DNA from: Candidatus Bathyarchaeota archaeon | Lineage (GTDB): Archaea > Thermoproteota > Bathyarchaeia > Bathyarchaeales > Bathycorpusculaceae | Direction: 5' to 3' | NCBI GenBank assembly: GCA_963775685.1 | Contig: CAVZJV010000001.1 | Span: 44,945-108,944, forward strand | Length of the DNA stretch: 64,000 bases | In this document: piece by piece, positions 43,689-52,156 of the stretch | Numbering within the stretch: the first letter of the stretch is position 1 | How the letters are laid out: every line of letters begins with the position of its first letter | Position numbers and translations under genes: made by a program | Notes under the pieces: model-generated | The model's database searches: none | What the model saw: the letters and a program-made list of their open reading frames with translations, nothing else | What the model was told of the DNA's origin: nothing

Positions 43689-44087
43689 TTGGTTAGTATC
43701 CCTAAAGATGTAATGGATGTTTTAAATGCAAGTGATTCAGCGAAAATGATAGCAACTATCGACGATAAAGGCATTCCAAACGTAGTTCCATTATGGTTTG
43801 TAGTAGTAGACCCTGAAACTATTGTGTTCGCAGAAGTTTTCATCAAGAAGACAAAAGAAAACCTTGAAAAAAACAAGCAAGTTGCTCTTGCAGTGTTCAA
43901 AGGACCAATGACAGGCTACCAACTAAAGGGAACATTCAGTGGTTTCCAAACAAGTGGCCCAATTTTCGATGACTTCGCAAAGAAGAGCATGGAAACTATG
44001 AAAATAAAAATAAAAAGTGTTGGCATAATAAAAGTCACTGAAGTCTTCTCTGCTTCGCCAGGACAAGGCAGCAAAAAACTAGCATAA
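43689..44087 (+). CDS. pyridoxamine 5'-phosphate oxidase-like FMN-binding protein
   Basis: IATIDDKGIPNVVP, KTKENLEKN, GYQLKG. Confidence 0.85.
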   Translation: MVSIPKDVMDVLNASDSAKMIATIDDKGIPNVVPLWFVVVDPETIVFAEVFIKKTKENLEKNKQVALAVFKGPMTGYQLKGTFSGFQTSGPIFDDFAKKSMETMKIKIKSVGIIKVTEVFSASPGQGSKKLA

Positions 44088-44346
44088 CCTTGTCAAATGC
44101 GGACTTACTTTCTTTCCCAGTTTTTTATCCTGGAAAACAAATTCCTTTGATTCAAATCTAAGCGTTTAAGATTGGCTTATGGGCAGCAGTTGCAGTTGTT
44201 GGTGTTGAGCCATTTTTTGTGCCACTTAAAGTGTGCACTCGGAGTAAGAATGTTTTATTGAATTAATTCAATCACTCGGATTGTTGGTATGCCCTAAATT
44301 ATCTTGTGTTACTTTGTGTTATGTGAGGTAATTGGAGGCTGCTTTA

Positions 44347-44583
44347 ATGGTGAAAAATGTTATCGATTTAAACGAAAGGGACAGCCGAGTAATCAACATA
44401 GTTAAGGCAAAGTATGGGCTTAAAGATAAAAGCCAAGCTTTAAGCATAATTATCCAGCATTATGAAAAGTGTGAGCTTGAACCTCAGCTTAGACCCGAGT
44501 TTGTGAAGGAAATAGCGGACACCGTTAAGAGGGGTAAATTTGTCAAGGTTAAGGATTTCGCGGAAGAGTATGGACTAAAGTGA
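44347..44583 (+). CDS. DUF2683-family antitoxin, copy 2
   Basis: near-identical to 34429-34665. Confidence 0.75.
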   Translation: MVKNVIDLNERDSRVINIVKAKYGLKDKSQALSIIIQHYEKCELEPQLRPEFVKEIADTVKRGKFVKVKDFAEEYGLK

Positions 44584-44605
44584 TTGCTTGAATAGTCTTG
44601 AAATC

Positions 44606-44642
44606 GAGGAAGAGGTTTCTAAAACTTTTCACAACCTGCTTC
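44606..44642 (+). repeat. REP-like palindrome variant overlapping a possible RelE start
   Basis: GAGGAAGAGG-tttctAAAACTTTTCACaa-CCTGCTTC. Confidence 0.45.
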
Positions 44643-44667
44643 AGTTAGCTTACCCAAGACCCTCCAT

Positions 44668-45180
44668 TTACATTTTGTCTATTAATTCCATTATCTTAGC
44701 GTAGGTTTCCACATTGCAGCGCCAACCTAAAGAAATCATATCCTTAACAGCCCCTTTAGCTTGCTCTTTTAACAGTAGCCCTTCAAAAACCGCCCGTGCC
44801 AAAATGTAGGGTGTGCCCACATAGCTGATTTTGTATATTTTAGCGGTTTTTCTTGCTACTTCATCATCAATAACCGCCAATCCTTTATGCTCTTTGGCAA
44901 GCGCTAAAACCTCTGCGTCGGCGGCATGAAGCCCCTGTGTCTTGGACAATTGTGAAAGGAACAGTTTGTCTTTGGGTTTGTAAAGTTCAAAAACTCCGTT
45001 TTCGAAGAGTTTTTCTAGCGCAATTGCATCTGGAACTCCTTTTTGTTTGCCTTTATCTACAACTTCAGTTTTCACCAGTAGAGAGGTCAACTTTTTCTCT
45101 TGAAGGTTTTCAATAATTCCGCTTAACCCTACTTTGGATAGATATATTAAAGGGGTGGAATTGAAAACTAACGGTTTCAA
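44668..45180 (-). CDS. DUF3368 PIN-domain toxin
   Basis: VFNSTPLIYL, ADAEVLALA, VIDDEVAR and GTPYIL motifs. Confidence 0.85.
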   Translation of the reverse strand: MKPLVFNSTPLIYLSKVGLSGIIENLQEKKLTSLLVKTEVVDKGKQKGVPDAIALEKLFENGVFELYKPKDKLFLSQLSKTQGLHAADAEVLALAKEHKGLAVIDDEVARKTAKIYKISYVGTPYILARAVFEGLLLKEQAKGAVKDMISLGWRCNVETYAKIMELIDKM

Positions 45181-45497
45181 TTTTGTTCCGCCGCTGATGC
45201 TGATGTAAATTCGTTCTCGACTTCTTCTGGATCAAACCTGACCCATTCAACGTTATGTTGTTTTAATAGATCTGCAAATTCCCAAAGAGAGAGTTTTGCA
45301 ATGTCTGCTGCTTGGGCAAAAGTGACTTTGCCTTTACTTAAGAGTTCTAAGGCGGTTTGCTTTCGCCATTCGGTTATGCCTGTTTGAAGAAGATTTCGGA
45401 CAACTGTTGCTTTATCAAGTTTTTCTTTTTTTATGATTTCAGAAATTTCTTTATCTAATTCAGCTGGGACGCGAACTGCTAATGGTTTGAGTGTCAA
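45177..45497 (-). CDS. UPF0175 family antitoxin
   Basis: AVRVP..KATVVR..GKVTFAQAADIAKLSLWEF. Confidence 0.85.
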   Translation of the reverse strand: MTLKPLAVRVPAELDKEISEIIKKEKLDKATVVRNLLQTGITEWRKQTALELLSKGKVTFAQAADIAKLSLWEFADLLKQHNVEWVRFDPEEVENEFTSASAAEQN

Positions 45498-45546
45498 ACA
45501 CCTGTCACCGTATACAATAGATGCCATTTGCATACATAAGTATTTT

Positions 45547-45560
45547 GCATAAAATTATGC
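45547..45560. promoter_or_regulatory. palindromic operator candidate upstream of the UPF0175-DUF3368 operon
   Basis: GCATAA-AA-TTATGC. Confidence 0.35.
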
Positions 45561-45715
45561 GATAACACGTAATTTTCTCTTTAAACTCTGTCTACATTTT
45601 TTATTAAAAATAGGTGTTAAGAGTAAAGAAGTTGTCTCAAAAAAGCTTAATCACATAGTTTTATCAAAAGTATGTGGTTAGCCACTAAAATAATTTTCAA
45701 AGCCCACTTTTAATT

Positions 45716-45760
45716 GAAAGAAGAAGTAGACCAGAAAATATTTCACTGTTCTTCTACTAC
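45716..45760 (+). repeat. REP-like palindrome copy
   Basis: GAAAGAAGAAGTAGACCAGAAAATATTTCACTGTTCTTCTACTAC. Confidence 0.85.
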
Positions 45761-45868
45761 CTCTATAAGCTTAGAAAATTTGGCTGGTTAAAAGAAGACA
45801 GTAACCCCGTTTGGCAATCGAGCGTACCTGATAGGCTTACATATAGAAAGTCTGTTCATTCAGAACTT

Positions 45869-45919
45869 GAGAACAAACTATAGAAGAAGAACGGAGTGTC
45901 AAGAAAAAATTCACTGTCT
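45869..45919 (+). repeat. REP-like repeat copy (partial)
   Basis: GAGAACAAACTATAGAAGAAGAAC..AAAAAATTCACTGTC. Confidence 0.6.
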
Positions 45920-46134
45920 AAGATGGGTAGTAGTCGTCTGGCAAGCTCTATAGACGACTACTTCTAATGTTTGCCGATGTTGAAAAAGCGTGATTTCCTG
46001 CGGCAAGTATTTTTTCTTCTTTTTTCAACTTTAAGCAAATTTACTATTGGATTCACCAGATAATGGGTAAACGAGATGTAAGGGCTTTTTCTGGATGGAC
46101 CTCCGATAAGCCGTATGATATCGGCGGTACAAAA

Positions 46135-46923
46135 ATGAGTGAAGTAGTCGTTGGGTTGGATGTTCACCTGAAGAATACTCAGGTGACAGTTATGAAGAAT
46201 GACTTAATTGGAGAAATAGTGAAAAAAGAAAGAGTAGGAACTAACAAAGCTGAACTGCAGAAGTCTTTAGCATCCGTTCCTAAAGGCAGTAAGGTAGCTT
46301 TGGAATCGGTTGGTTCCTGTTGGCCATGGATTGATTTTCTAGAAGAGCTTGGATACGAAGTATTGCTTGCTAATCCAGTGAAAGTGAAGCTGCGAGCGGA
46401 AGATATTAAGAATGATAAGGTAGATAGTAGGACGTTGGCTGAATTGGTTAGGGTGAACTGGTTGCCAACATGTTACATACCGCCAGCTGAGCTTCGTTGG
46501 CTGCGTAGTCTATTGCGTCATAGATCTTATCGAACGAGACTTTCTACCAGTGTTAAAAATAGAAGCAAATCTGAGTTTAGAAAGCGAGATATCCAGTTGG
46601 ATGTTAATCTTGGAACTATTAAAGGAAGGAAAGCGGCTGGTATGCTTGATGTTTTTGAGGTTAATCAGAATATTGAACTGCTTGACTTGATTGTAAGACA
46701 AAACAAGGAAGTGGAAAAGCAGCTTTTGAAAAAGTATGGAAAGATCAAGCCTGTTGAGTTATTGACGTCTATTCCCGAGATTGGGGGTCATCTTGCATGT
46801 GTTTATAGGGACGCTTTTAAAAGGAAAGGGAAGGGTGCTGACGCGATTAAGGTTGTTGCGCGTAAGTTAGTAAATGTGGTTTGGGCTGTTTGGATGTATG
46901 AGAAAGAGTTCATGGTAAAGTAG
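46135..46923 (+). pseudogene. IS110 DEDD recombinase lacking most of the C-terminal Tnp domain
   Basis: GLDVH, ALES, LANP and KNDKVD (DEDD) present; SIPEIG is joined directly to GHL..VARKL and the RF..YAGL.P..SG segment is missing. Confidence 0.85.
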
Positions 46924-46924
46924 G

Positions 46925-47050
46925 ACAAACAACAGGGGATGTCTTCTGTCTTCTTCTGCGGTTTGACCGCTTTCGGGTAGAGTGGAGTGTTCCTTTGTTG
47001 TTGGCTGAAGCCGATGTGCGACTTGGTTCGCTGATAGGAGAATGCTGTCT
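46925..47050 (+). ncRNA. predicted bridge/seek RNA of the IS110 element
   Basis: outer stem AACAACAGGGGA/TTCCTTTGTTGTT encloses guides TCTTCTTCT (46949-57) and GTAG (46977-80) around a GCGGT/ACCGC stem; second loop has CGACT (47019-23) and ATAGGAG (47034-40) around a TTCG hairpin. Confidence 0.8.
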
Positions 47051-47154
47051 GAAATACAGGTTTGAGTAAAAGGATTTAAGAAAGAAATGAGGTGAGATGG
47101 TTAGGTAGTCGGGGTCTGTTTAGAGCTGGCCTTCGTCTGGTCTTCTTACATAGG

Positions 47155-47202
47155 AGAAGAAGAAGCGTAATTTTTTCATTCTTCTTCTTTTGACGCTGAT
47201 CT
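47155..47202 (+). repeat. REP-like palindrome copy (IS110 target)
   Basis: AGAAGAAGAAGCGTAATTTTTTCATTCTTCTTCTTTTGACGCTGATCT. Confidence 0.8.
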
Positions 47203-47250
47203 TAATGTGCATAGCTTGCCTTTATAGAAGTTTAGGTGTTCGGTTTACGG

Positions 47251-48753
47251 TTAATTTGTGGTGGTTGTGAAGGTCTTCTTGTCTTTCTTGCATAGTTCAT
47301 GCACAAGGTCTCTTCCCATTAGGCAAACTGTACTGATTCCAAATGTTCCTCCAGCCCATTGTCCAACCATGTAAAAATTCTGCAATCCAGGTAATGTTTT
47401 GCTAACACCCTTCTTATTTATTTCTTTAGCTAGTTCTTTAGGTGGCGGCCAAGGCTGAGCAAATCCACGATAACCGCCCGTCCAATGCTCCACAGAAACC
47501 GGTGTTACAACATCGAAAGCTTCGATTTGTTTTGTGAATCCAGGAAAACGCTTCTCTAATCTCGTAGCAACCATATCCGCTAACTGTTGCTTGTGTTCTC
47601 TGTAATGTTCTTGATTTGCTGATAGTTTTTTCCAATACTCATAGTTCGAGTCAAAATTAATTTTGATAACACATTTGCCAACTGGTGCTAATGATTGATC
47701 AAAGTTTAATATTTCAATGTCGAGTCTATCTTTTTCTTTTTCCTCTACAGTTATTGGTTGGTCCAAAAAGAGCACCATTGCATGGGGTTCGTTCGAAAAA
47801 CTTCTGTTAACTCCATACCAAATCTCAAGCCCAAAAGGTTGAGTCTTGGGACATGAATTGTAGTAAGAGTGGATGAGTTTATTAGAATATTTTTCTTTTA
47901 GCATTCCAAATATTGTTGAATAGCCATCAGCTGCCGAAATTACTAAGTCTGCAAAATGTTCCGATCCATCTTCAAGCACAATTCCTTTCGCTACGTCGTT
48001 TTCAATGATTATCTTCTTTACTTTTGAATTATAGCGTACTTCTCCACCGAGTTCTTTGTAGCGTTTCTCAATGTTGCGTGAAAGAGCTGCTGAACCTCCG
48101 ATTGGCCATCCTGCGTCAGCTATACTTAACATCGAGAGAAAAATTATGGGCACTATTGTAGGTACTTCTTCTATATCGTATTGAATTGTGGAGAATGCTT
48201 TTTTTAGAAATGGATCTGTGAATTTTTGGGCGTATTCTTTTAAATTAATTTTTCCATACTTCATAAAGAAACTCATTAGTGGCAGAATTTTCAGTTTTCC
48301 GCCTACACCGCCAAACATTGCGCCAAATACATCTTGACCGCTGAATTTCCGAATTGCTTTTGTGAATTCTTCGATTAGTCTTGTATCGGCTGGTGAGAGT
48401 TCTTTCATGTGTTTTTCCAGTTTTTCGATATCTGAGTAGACTGTGAAAGCTTTTCCGTTTACGTCTTCAACTTGGACAAATTCATTAAAAGCGTAGGCGT
48501 TGGTTCCTTTTAGTGCTCCAAGTTCTTGCCATATTTTATTGTATAAGGTTCCTGTTGGTTTGGGGGAAACACCAAAGACGTTGTGAACTGCATAATCAAA
48601 ATGGTAATCATTGCGTTTCCATGAAACACAGACGCCGCCGGGTTTGTTTTGCATTTCGCAGATTTGGGTTTTATATCCGTTCATTTGGCTGTAGCAGCCA
48701 GTGGATAAGCCGGCTAAGCCACCGCCTATAATTATTATGGATTTTTCTGCCAT
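47251..48753 (-). CDS. phytoene desaturase-like FAD-dependent oxidoreductase
   Basis: IIGGGLAGL, PGG, GGEVRYNSKV, DVVTP and FYMVGQW motifs. Confidence 0.88.
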   Translation of the reverse strand: MAEKSIIIIGGGLAGLSTGCYSQMNGYKTQICEMQNKPGGVCVSWKRNDYHFDYAVHNVFGVSPKPTGTLYNKIWQELGALKGTNAYAFNEFVQVEDVNGKAFTVYSDIEKLEKHMKELSPADTRLIEEFTKAIRKFSGQDVFGAMFGGVGGKLKILPLMSFFMKYGKINLKEYAQKFTDPFLKKAFSTIQYDIEEVPTIVPIIFLSMLSIADAGWPIGGSAALSRNIEKRYKELGGEVRYNSKVKKIIIENDVAKGIVLEDGSEHFADLVISAADGYSTIFGMLKEKYSNKLIHSYYNSCPKTQPFGLEIWYGVNRSFSNEPHAMVLFLDQPITVEEKEKDRLDIEILNFDQSLAPVGKCVIKINFDSNYEYWKKLSANQEHYREHKQQLADMVATRLEKRFPGFTKQIEAFDVVTPVSVEHWTGGYRGFAQPWPPPKELAKEINKKGVSKTLPGLQNFYMVGQWAGGTFGISTVCLMGRDLVHELCKKDKKTFTTTTN

Positions 48754-48869
48754 TGAAGTCCACCCAGAACATTATTGCTAATTACAAAAGTCGCAATTAA
48801 ACTTTAACAAAAAGGGAACCTTAGCTCAATAACTTGTTACATTGTTTGAATTTTACATTTTTTAATTTG

Positions 48870-48914
48870 GAAGTAGTTGTCGAAGCTGAAAATTTCAACT
48901 AGACTGCTACTTCT
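48870..48914 (+). repeat. REP-like palindrome variant
   Basis: GAAGTAGTTGTC-gaagctgAAAATTTCAacta-GACTGCTACTTC. Confidence 0.65.
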
Positions 48915-48932
48915 CTTTATTTGAAGAACTTT

Positions 48933-49250
48933 TTACTGATTACCTTTGCAATGTGTTTCAAAATGACTTGTTAACGAGCAGAAGAAGACTAAATTTTTCA
49001 ATCTTCTTCTTCTTTTGACACCTGATCTATTGGCGCACATATTTATTTTAGCAAAGTCAAGGTAGAAGTTGTTGTTCACCTGAAATTTCAATCTTTCTGG
49101 GGCAAACTTTTCACGGTATTTCGCGTAAGCCCTTTTGCGGGCAAACAACCAAATGGAAACGTTGCTGAAGGATATTCCTTCAACTTTGATTTCTTCTTGA
49201 TTATTGTAATCTTCAAAGAGAATCTTGTAATCTAGTTTGGGGTAAGACAT
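48933..49250 (-). pseudogene. truncated hypothetical gene reading into the repeat
   Basis: plausible N-terminus MSYPKLDYKILFED; the C-terminus is translated repeat sequence. Confidence 0.35.
48976..49028 (+). repeat. REP-like palindrome copy
   Basis: GAGCAGAAGAAGACTAAATTTTTCAATCTTCTTCTTCTTTTGACACCTGATCT, sharing the tail of the 47155 copy. Confidence 0.8.
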
Positions 49251-49446
49251 TGCGACTCACTCTGGATAAGCGGTATTGTTTTAAATTCCTCATATAATTA
49301 CTCAAACATTTTTATGACAATCTTTGATCAGAACGGCATCACCGTTAATATCGGGGTGGGATAGTTTTTGAGCCGAAAGAGAGCTGGGAATGCCACCACT
49401 ACGACTATAGCTGCCTCTGTGATGAGCGAGAATAAAGGTGGATAAA

Positions 49447-49595
49447 ATGGCTGAAGAAAAAGAATGTAGAAAATGTAAGGTTTGTGGGAAGGAGATCAGT
49501 GCCCAAGACATGAAAGCTTCGATGGTATGTGTTGGGAGTGCTGGGATGACCAACTAACTGAGGAATCTGACAGTATGTTTGACGAATTAATGTAG
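49447..49595 (+). CDS. Zn-finger microprotein (frameshift near 49509)
   Basis: MAEEKECRKCKVCGKEISAQ then HESFDGMCWECWDDQLTEESDSMFDELM; AAGGTG SD. Confidence 0.55.
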
Positions 49596-49609
49596 AGGTA
49601 GGTGTTGTT

Positions 49610-49753
49610 TTGTGGCTGTGTAAGAATTGTGGACACGATAATCCTGATGATGCGGTAGCCTGCGAGGTCTGTGGTGCCTTAATGGATGAAATCGGTGACT
49701 CTGGCGATAACAAAGATTCAGAAGACCTCTTTTTCGATGATGAAGGCATCTAA
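49610..49753 (+). CDS. RanBP2-type zinc-finger microprotein (47 aa) with acidic tail
   Basis: MWLCKNCGHDNPDDAVACEVCG fits W-x-C-x2-C-x3-N-x6-C-x2-C; GAGGTAGGTG SD; below the ORF-track cut-off. Confidence 0.7.
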   Translation: MWLCKNCGHDNPDDAVACEVCGALMDEIGDSGDNKDSEDLFFDDEGI

Positions 49754-49817
49754 GGACTGTGGAAGGTTTCTTGGAGTTTAGTTATGCTTTCTGGATTTGG
49801 CTGGCGCACTATGCGGT

Positions 49818-50021
49818 TTATAGTGATGGTGTTTTTGCGTGTCTTTCTGAATGCAATTGTCCGCCCGTTGCCCAATTATTTTTTGGCGCTTCATAAATCA
49901 CTATATGCACTGCTTCCTTAGGAACCCCCATTTCTTCAAAAACTTTAGTTATCCCTTCAACTGTTTTCTTCTTATTCTCAGAAGTCATTCCTTCCCACAC
50001 AGAAACTTGAACTATCGGCAT
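49818..50021 (-). CDS. 4-oxalocrotonate tautomerase family protein
   Basis: Pro-1 (MPIVQV), NWATGG. Confidence 0.9.
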   Translation of the reverse strand: MPIVQVSVWEGMTSENKKKTVEGITKVFEEMGVPKEAVHIVIYEAPKNNWATGGQLHSERHAKTPSL

Positions 50022-50125
50022 TACATTTTACCTCAAATAACTGTGATATTTCGTCCAATTAATGTGTTCTTATCGAGTGTGCACGTGATAGTGTTAAAAT
50101 TCAAGTGTTCTTACCAAGTGTAAGT

Positions 50126-50818
50126 ATGCCTAAGATACGAGCAATCCTGTTTGACCTTGACAATACGTTAATTGACTTTATTCGTATGAAAGAGGAATCT
50201 TGCAGAGCAGCGGTTAAGGCGATGGTAGCGTCAGGATTGCAGATGAAGGAAGACCAAGCGTTTGAAATTTTACTGAATACCTACTTTGACGTGGAAATAG
50301 AATCAAACATAGCCTTCTCAGAGTTTCTAAAAAGCATCGATCAGTTTAATCACAAAATACTTGCTTCAGGCATCAACACCTACCTAAAAACAAAAAACAA
50401 ATTCCTAAAACCCTATCCTAATGTCAAACCAGTCCTTGGAAAGCTAAAAAGAAAAGGCATTTTTCTCTCAATTGTTACCGATGCACCAAAAACCAAGGCT
50501 TACCAACGATTATTAGGTATGGGAATAGAACCTTACTTCAAATTTGTAGTTGGATACGAAGATACAAACAAAAGCAAACATACCGGCTTACCACTTCTGC
50601 GGGCTTTGGAAATACTGAGAAAAGAATGCCCAAACATAGAAAACTCGGAAATTCTAATGGTCGGCGATTCAATAGAAAAAGACATAGTTCCAGCAAAAGA
50701 CCTTGGGCTAAGAACAGCACTCGCCAAATATGGGCAAAAAACCCCTGAAAGTGGATTCGCAGATTACCAGCTAGTAAATTTCATAGAAATCATCGATATT
50801 GTCGAATCAATCCAGTAA
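50126..50818 (+). CDS. HAD-superfamily hydrolase
   Basis: FDLDNTL, IVTD and MVGDSIEKDI motifs. Confidence 0.9.
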   Translation: MPKIRAILFDLDNTLIDFIRMKEESCRAAVKAMVASGLQMKEDQAFEILLNTYFDVEIESNIAFSEFLKSIDQFNHKILASGINTYLKTKNKFLKPYPNVKPVLGKLKRKGIFLSIVTDAPKTKAYQRLLGMGIEPYFKFVVGYEDTNKSKHTGLPLLRALEILRKECPNIENSEILMVGDSIEKDIVPAKDLGLRTALAKYGQKTPESGFADYQLVNFIEIIDIVESIQ

Positions 50819-51582
50819 GCCAAGACATCACTATAGTAGCCAAAAATAAATTATAACTAAACAATATTTCCCATTTTTTGATGTTCAGTTAGCTTCTCGT
50901 TTGCCAAAGTATAAGATCAATTTTCTTAGTATCAGATATCCCCGAATTCGGAACTCTATTGCCAATTCGGCAAGTTGAGTTTTGCCTTTTATAATTGTTC
51001 TTGCAGGTCGGGGTGTGTAGCTGAAATGTCCTAGCAGAAGGATTTTGAGAATGAATAAACGCTTACAAATTGAATTTGGGCCGAAAGTCGGAGAGCAGAG
51101 GGGTTGACACTGGGCGCTAACTAATTTTACGTTTGAAATAGGGGTGGGACCGAAAAAGCTGGATAGCGGTTTTTTCAATTCCAACTTTAGAATCTTAAGG
51201 TTTTTGAAAATGTGGCTGTCAGACGCGCCCCTCAAAAGAAGACTATGTGGATGCTTTGAAAGAGTACTAGACCAAAATGCTACAGAGGCGTGTTGCTAAA
51301 TTTCGTGAACGCAGAAAGTGGAAGAGTAAAAGTCGATTTAGATAGTAAAAGAGTGCGCGTGAAAACTATTTTTTCAGAAACAGGTTATTTGCATCACGCC
51401 TACGGAAGCGTCTTTGCTTCTTTCTGGCTGCGAAGGTTCCCAATTTAGCATCTACTCTCCATCTATAGTTAATGCACCCTGGTACGCTGCTCTTTTTTGC
51501 CTGAATCAGCAAGTAATCCAATCATTAAACTGTTTATTCGTACTTTAATTTTAGATACATAAAGCACTCGGACACTTATCAG

Positions 51583-51863
51583 ATGCTCATAGACTTAAAC
51601 TCAAGTGCCCAAATGGGTGACGAAAGCAAAGATATTGGACAAAAGGAGTTTAAAATGCACATCAAAGAAGAAGCCCAAACGCTAAAACAGGCAAAAGACG
51701 TTAGTGAAGTTGTAGAGGACAAGAAGATTAAGCAACTTATTTTGAATATTTTGGAAGATGAGCATAAACATCACAGGATTCTAAAAGAAGTATTTGAATT
51801 CTGAACAAGGAATCAAACGAATGGGACGCTTACTTATACGACCTGATAGCAGGCTTCCCATAA
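51583..51863 (+). pseudogene. ferritin/rubrerythrin-like C-terminal fragment
   Basis: HIKEE and ILEDEHKHH diiron-type motifs; frameshifted tail. Confidence 0.5.
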
Positions 51864-51898
51864 ACCCTATTTTTATTAAAAGACCCTTATTGGAGAGT

Positions 51899-52156
51899 TC
51901 AGGGAAGATACTTATTGGTCCTACTTTTGGTTTTTGAATTTAGAAGTGAACTAGAAAGATGCTTTCCTGTATTTACATCTAGCAGCCAATAGCCATTTTC
52001 ATCACAGGATTCAATTATAAACTCGTTTTCGCCTGATAATTCATCATCCTTCAATATTACAAAAGTTAATCCGTCAAATTTCATCACAAATTCATTTGTT
52101 ATCGGTTGTGTAAATATCGCCTCAGGAAATAATTCAGACAGCTTTTCCCAACTCAA
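51899..52156 (-). CDS. hypothetical protein or fragment
   Basis: ORF only. Confidence 0.3.
   Translation of the reverse strand: MSWEKLSELFPEAIFTQPITNEFVMKFDGLTFVILKDDELSGENEFIIESCDENGYWLLDVNTGKHLSSSLLNSKTKSRTNKYLP

Larger units (their letters stand above)
45932..47156 (+). mobile_element. IS110-family (IS1111-like) insertion sequence, internally deleted
   Basis: AG core at 45932-33 and 47155-56; sub-terminal inverted repeat GGCAAGCTCTA (45940-50) / TAGAGCTGGCC (47121-31); removing the element restores ATGGGTAGTAGAAGAAGAAG, a repeat arm. Confidence 0.85.

Noticed and set aside
40795-45760. CRISPR array from the three near-identical 45-50 bp repeats
   Set aside because: Spacing is about 1.1 and 3.8 kb with whole genes between; no regular spacers or cas genes.
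45918-47143. Alternative IS110 boundaries at a GTCT duplication
   Set aside because: Gives only a 6/9 left-target guide match and no donor-guide match; the AG-core boundaries satisfy all four guides.
50885-51450. Structured RNA or IS end in the gap after the HAD gene
   Set aside because: No recognisable motif, terminal repeat or convincing fold.
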